A stretch of 64,000 bases of DNA from Azolla caroliniana. Taxonomy: Eukaryota > Plantae > Polypodiophyta. Below, one piece after another: positions 62,301 through 64,000 of this stretch. How positions within the stretch are numbered: position 1 is the first letter of the stretch; every line of letters starts with the position of its first letter. The stretch lies in assembly GCA_043228905.1 (NCBI GenBank), contig JBHGNT010000007.1, positions 3,472,001 through 3,536,000 on the forward strand. The letters are read 5' to 3'. The notes beneath the pieces are model-generated. The model was not told the origin of the DNA and searched no databases. It was given only the letters and a program-made list of their open reading frames with translations. Position numbers and translations under genes: made by a program.

Positions 62301-64000
62301 TAGAGTTTTTATAATCACAATATTGTTTATCAAGAAGAACACTGAAAACTACAGGTGATAAACAATATTGGGCACCCAAGCTATGTCTAGCAACAATGAT
62401 AGCCAGCTCCTAACGCCAAGTTGAAAGAAAATTTGCAGTGGTTCCTGTCATCATTTTCAAATCTGTGACATCTCATGCATATCAGAATTAAGAATGAAGT
62501 GTTATAAGCACTTCAATTAGAGTTTTTAATGTTATAATAGAATTCTTCCAATACCGGGTTGTTATACAAAATTGTTACAATCAGCCTATACACAATTAAG
62601 TCTGTTACTTCCTCAAACCAAAATGCTTTATTTCAAATAACACAATATAAATACGTGATGGCCCACAATCTTCTCAGATAACAAGATTAGTAATAAAACT
62701 GAGCTATTAACGTTGCATACCTTTTCATCAAATTGGAAAAGAGATTGGTCAAAATATGCTGCTGGACTAAGTGACTGTGAGTTACAAGGAAGGGATCTCT
62801 TGATAACCTGCAACATACCATTATTCTTTGAGTGAATTAACATTCCAGACTTAGTGAACTAGTCAATTTGCTGTAAACTTTCAAACAGGAAAGTCAATAC
62901 AATTCATTCAGAACAAATGTTGTCAGTTCTGTGATGTTATTGTGATCCAGTATCAATTCAAAACTCAACAGTGTACCTGAGCAGAGCTATTGGACTTTGT
63001 ATTGTTACAAACAGTTTTCTGTTTTCTGAACTGTTGTCTTGCAAAAATATTATTTGAATATGAAGAGATAAATCTCATGTACAATGGATACGAGGGCGCA
63101 ATTCGAAAATGATCATGATAGTTCTCAAATAGTTGCAGAAGCTCTTCATAGGAGTTCTGCACCACAAAACTAAAGTAGGATGTAATATGTCCTTCCAAGA
63201 AACACATGCTATCATTGAAGAACTATGTACCCCCAAAGCAATGCAAACAGATGCAAGTACAGTACCTGGAAACCAACTATCTCTGTTGATTCAATATTGT
63301 ACACAGCAAAGAATACAGTTTGATGAGAAACATCCAAGTTTTGTGAAATCTGAAACGTGGCACAATTCCGTGTAGTTTTTGTGTTAAAAAACTGCAGTAG
63401 AGAAATCAGCAGAAAAATATACACCTCCTAATGCCAACAATAGAATGCTATCATTTCAGTTAATGATGGAAGCACCTACCACACCATCTAAGCTCCCAAA
63501 CTTGATCATCAAGTGACATCTATCCAAAAACTGCACCTGTCAGCCGAACATAAAGTGGGAGTTTCGTAAAGCAATGTCTAAAACTGATTATCAACCTGTA
63601 TGTGTGCATTCACGCTCTCTCTCTCTCTCTCCTTCGTTTCCCTGTGCTTGTTTTTACTTTTTCTTTTCACCTTTTTTTGGGTGGGGACATCTGGTGTATG
63701 AGTATTTCCTTCCAATAACCAAATCTCCCATTACCTTCCACATGACGAGATCCACATAGTGTTGGAAGTTGTAGTAAAAGCGTTTCAGCTTATTTGCTTT
63801 CTGTGTGCACAAAGATGAATTAAACATATAATCAACTAGCTGATGGTTTAGAATAGTCCTGGAGAATAAACCATCACATCGAAACAAGTTTCAGACTCAC
63901 AATAACAGGATCAGTGTCTTGGACTTCAATGCTACGGAATACATAAGATAGCAACCGTTGCTTCAACCCACCCAACAAGTGATCCCTTGTCTCACTGCGT
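59331..64000 (-). CDS. DET1: DE-ETIOLATED 1, 3' portion. Exons (minus): 64000-63901 (partial), 63800-63735, 63536-63480, 63349-63266, 63156-62977, 62807-62721, 59654-59555, 59467-59331
   Basis: The spliced product 'KRFYYNFQHYVDLVMWK|VQFLDRCHLMIKFGSLDGV|...FFAVYNIESTEIVGFQ|NSYEELLQLFE...|...SQSLSPAAYFDQSLFQFDEK|LISAAD...PIKFISRRKPNVLKFKINP|G...SFFFHPIFPFAITIQQ...VNFHLRR*' matches the plant DET1 C-terminus. All introns are GT-AG. Confidence 0.95.
61373..61843. mobile_element. Putative MITE in a DET1 intron
   Basis: Terminal inverted repeat TAGCAATCAG...CTGATTGCTA, followed inward by CAGTTTGG/CCAAACTG. The interior has AAACCG-like and GGTTT motifs. The TSD is not clear. Confidence 0.55.
62112..62530. 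repeat. ~215-bp tandem duplication in a DET1 intron
   Basis: 'tatcaagaagaac.ctgaaaactac...gtggttcctgtcatcattttcaaatctgt...aagaatgaagtgttata' occurs at ~62112 and ~62328. Confidence 0.92.

Overview
AT-rich land-plant nuclear DNA. A fern or other non-seed plant is inferred from the PLS-PPR style and the retroelement types; this is not proven. Six host genes are supported: an 11-exon DEK-domain chromatin protein (+, 2616-11326), a convergent pair of intronless OVATE-family (OFP) genes (+ 19883-21274, - 24209-25111), an intronless RRS1 ribosome-biogenesis gene (-, 36385-37434), an intronless A1 (nepenthesin-like) aspartic protease (+, 53166-54818), and the 3' part of DET1 (-, 59331 to the window end). 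The largest mobile element is a young, GC-rich, full-length Ty3/Gypsy retrotransposon (37928-45260) inserted about 500 bp upstream of RRS1. It has ~806-bp LTRs, a tRNA-Trp PBS and a 4-bp TSD. Its gag-pro/pol junction shows a candidate -1 ribosomal frameshift cassette (G_GAT_TTT slippery site plus a predicted pseudoknot), and it carries two CAG>TAG stops. Other elements are a 1.15-kb TRIM-like Gypsy deletion derivative with a tRNA-Ala PBS plus a solo LTR of the same family, a 5'-truncated RTE-X-like LINE, a mosaic plastid insertion (accD + psbA), adjacent PPR and tRNase Z pseudogene fragments, several degraded Gypsy remnants, telomere-type motifs near genes and inside one OFP coding region, and many local tandem duplications. 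All calls come from reading the sequence by eye; no database searches were run.
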